Source: Mizuhopecten yessoensis (lineage: Eukaryota). From it: a stretch of 64,000 nt of DNA. The translations under genes were made by a program, and so were the position numbers. Under the pieces are notes generated by a model. It had not been told where the DNA came from, made no database searches, and saw nothing but the letters and a program-made list of their open reading frames with translations. The stretch lies in the NCBI RefSeq assembly GCF_002113885.1, contig NW_018403525.1, positions 5,894-69,893 on the forward strand, written 5' to 3'. Positions 61,701-64,000 of the stretch are shown here, one piece after another. Position 1 is the stretch's first letter. Each line of letters begins with the position of its first letter.

Positions 61701-64000
61701 GTTCCATCGCCATCAACCAACCGTTATTACAAACAGTGAATCATCAGCCAGTTAACACTAATAATAATCCACAGCATTTCAGTGCAATAGGAGGACAAGT
61801 ACTAAACAACATACAACATGCTCAGACCATCAACCAGATTAACGATATACTTAATAGCCAACAGACGAACGTTGTTGCCACGAATCCTTCCTCCGCCGGT
61901 TCTGTGGGAACAATCGGTGGTCAGACCTTCCAGGGGATCGCATCAGCTGCTGTCCCTGTACAAAATCTTCCCACGAACCCAGTTCATGCAGTCGATCACG
62001 TTAATCAACCAATAGCCGCTGGCGGTTCCATCGCCATCAACCAACCGTTATTACAAACAGTGAATCATCACCCGGTTAACACTAATAATAATCCACAGCA
62101 TATCAGTGCAATAGGAGGACAAGTACTAAACAACATACAACATGCTCAGACCATCAACCAGATTAACGATATACTTAATAGCCAACAGGCGAAAGTTGTT
62201 GCCACGAATCCTTCCTCCGACGGTTCTGTGGGAACAATCGGTGGTCAGACCTTCCAGGGGATCGCACCAGCTGCTGCCCCTGTACAAAATCCTCTCCTGA
62301 ACCAAGTGACGCCACCGCCCAATGGGTTATTTGGTAGCATAACCACGGCAAACCCAAAACGAATGCTGATCCACATTGATTCGAACTCTAAAGGCGTGAA
62401 GATCGTCCCAGACGGAATGGGCGGTGTAAGAGTGATAAGTCTGCGAGAGGCTGTGACCATAAGTCCATTTGGTAATGGAAACGAGACAGGACTAATGGCC
62501 TTACTTGACACAGCTGCCACACAGAGTCCAGTATCACCTATGTCTGTTCCCCTCGGGTCGGCCATTATCAGCCAATCTATTCTTCTCAATACATTAAATT
62601 CAAACAAAACAGCGGAAGGGTTAAATAAAAAGCTGACAACAAAGAGGCCTTTTTTTGGGGAACCAGAAGTAACTGAAAAAGAAATAACATTTACCGGAGT
62701 AACTGACATCCCCGAAGAACTTGAGATTAATGGAACAAGTCCTGACGGGACACCTCCGAACGCCGGTCTTGACGCAGGCGCAATACCGACAACAAAGCCC
62801 ACATCCGCTGCCTTATCACGTGTAACTCAGGCAGCAACGTTCATGAGTTCTGCAGAAATATTAGCGACAACACAAAAGACGCCTGTAACCAACCTACCGG
62901 TAACTGATATAAACCTTTCTGAACACATGTTAACAACTCAAAAGAAATCTCAGGATGATGAAGAAGATAATAGCTCTGATATCTTTAACACAGTTAATAT
63001 TATAGATCATTTTTATGGAGGGATGCGGCAGGAGCTGGTGCGGAACACCAACATAATACAGGAACTCATCAACAAACTGGCAGTCATTGAGTACAAGAAG
63101 AACAAACAAGCGATCGACAAGACAACCAAAGATAACCAAAGTTCAGATTTATTGATGAACAGCGTACTGAATGAATTAGTAAAGCTCGAAAACACGAAAG
63201 CTAAGGAAGTGACCACCGTTCACAATATCTTTAATAAAAGATCAACTTCGAGTACAACGCGTTGGGCAGGAATTACACAGAGAGTAACAACGACTTCGAC
63301 TCCGGTGGTCACCACAGCTTCTACTGTTCAGAGCGGTTATCCTTTTACATGGAATACTGGTACACCAGCTACTGTAAATCACAGTACAAGTAGGAAACCC
63401 TTGTCTATTGAGGATATTCACAAATTTTTACATTCATTTCCTAACAGTAATGATATACTAAAGAGACTAGCAGATATATTTGCTAATAACAAAACATACC
63501 CTGCCTCTGCTATTTCGAACGTAACACAAACACCAAGTCCAAAAACCGAAAGTGGACTTAGAATATCAAATATTTTGTCCTCTTCGATAACTAAAACAAC
63601 TAAAAGGCGCGTGACTCAAACAAGTGGTGTAACAGAACCCACGACAACGGTTGTTACTACAGCTTATCCGGTACCAAGAGCGACATCAGCTATCGGTCTA
63701 CCTGCTAGAATGACAATGACGTCAATTAACGGGGACATCAGTTTCGGGGACGAATCTGCTCATCGTCTGAATAAATTGCGACAACCTGTACATGTTTACA
63801 ACGGAAAAGTTAGAACACGACATAACAATCAGAGATCAAGAAACGAATTTTTGAAAACCAGTCGAAAAAGCAATCAATTCACAACAACAGAAAGAAATGT
63901 TATTGTACCAGATCCATACTCTGCAGTCTTCAGTTTGAAGAATGGAAACAGACATAGCAATGTGGCCGTGTATGGTACACAAGTCGTTAGGAACAGAAAC
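58760..64000 (+). CDS. Giant coding exon (at least 1747 codons, runs off the window): R/S-rich, then Q/H/N/I-rich, then T-rich
   Basis: Acceptor CTTTTGTATCTTCATAG|AGT. I translated this frame by hand to 64000 and found no stop (SPSRVIATDQRNRLSERCVPGRTCDQ...YGTQVVRNRN). The ORF track omits it, presumably because it has no stop in the window. Confidence 0.9.

Noticed and set aside
58870-63216. Minus-strand and off-frame ORFs such as the 222-aa RD-rich ORF
   Set aside because: Shadows of the continuous plus-strand frame that starts at 58760.

Overview
Repeat-rich animal genomic DNA. It looks like a bivalve mollusc, inferred from the SINE and MITE types. The centrepiece is a full-length, apparently very young Ty3/Gypsy LTR retrotransposon on the minus strand (31650-40278). 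It has 483-bp LTRs in which I saw no differences, a TATC target-site duplication (TSD), a tRNA-Lys-like PBS and a PPT. Besides a PNMA-like gag and a -1-frameshifted pol, it carries an intact extra ORF 5' of gag encoding an SGNH/GDSL-fold hydrolase, plus splice signals that could control its expression. Host genes: (1) a 3-exon BTB-BACK gene lacking the PHR domain (17483-20481, +); (2) a very large secreted low-complexity protein, with a signal-peptide exon at 48750-48971 and a stop-free exon of at least 5.2 kb (58760 to window end) that the ORF track missed; (3) a possible signal-peptide exon on the minus strand (5428-5557). About a quarter of the window is nine distinct minisatellite arrays (25-62 bp units), one of which visibly arose from a transposon terminal inverted repeat (TIR). 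Also present are tRNA-derived SINEs, TTAA-flanked Kolobok-like elements, 9-bp-TSD MITEs, foldback palindromes, a truncated LINE and one assembly gap. All family assignments come from motif recognition, not database searches.
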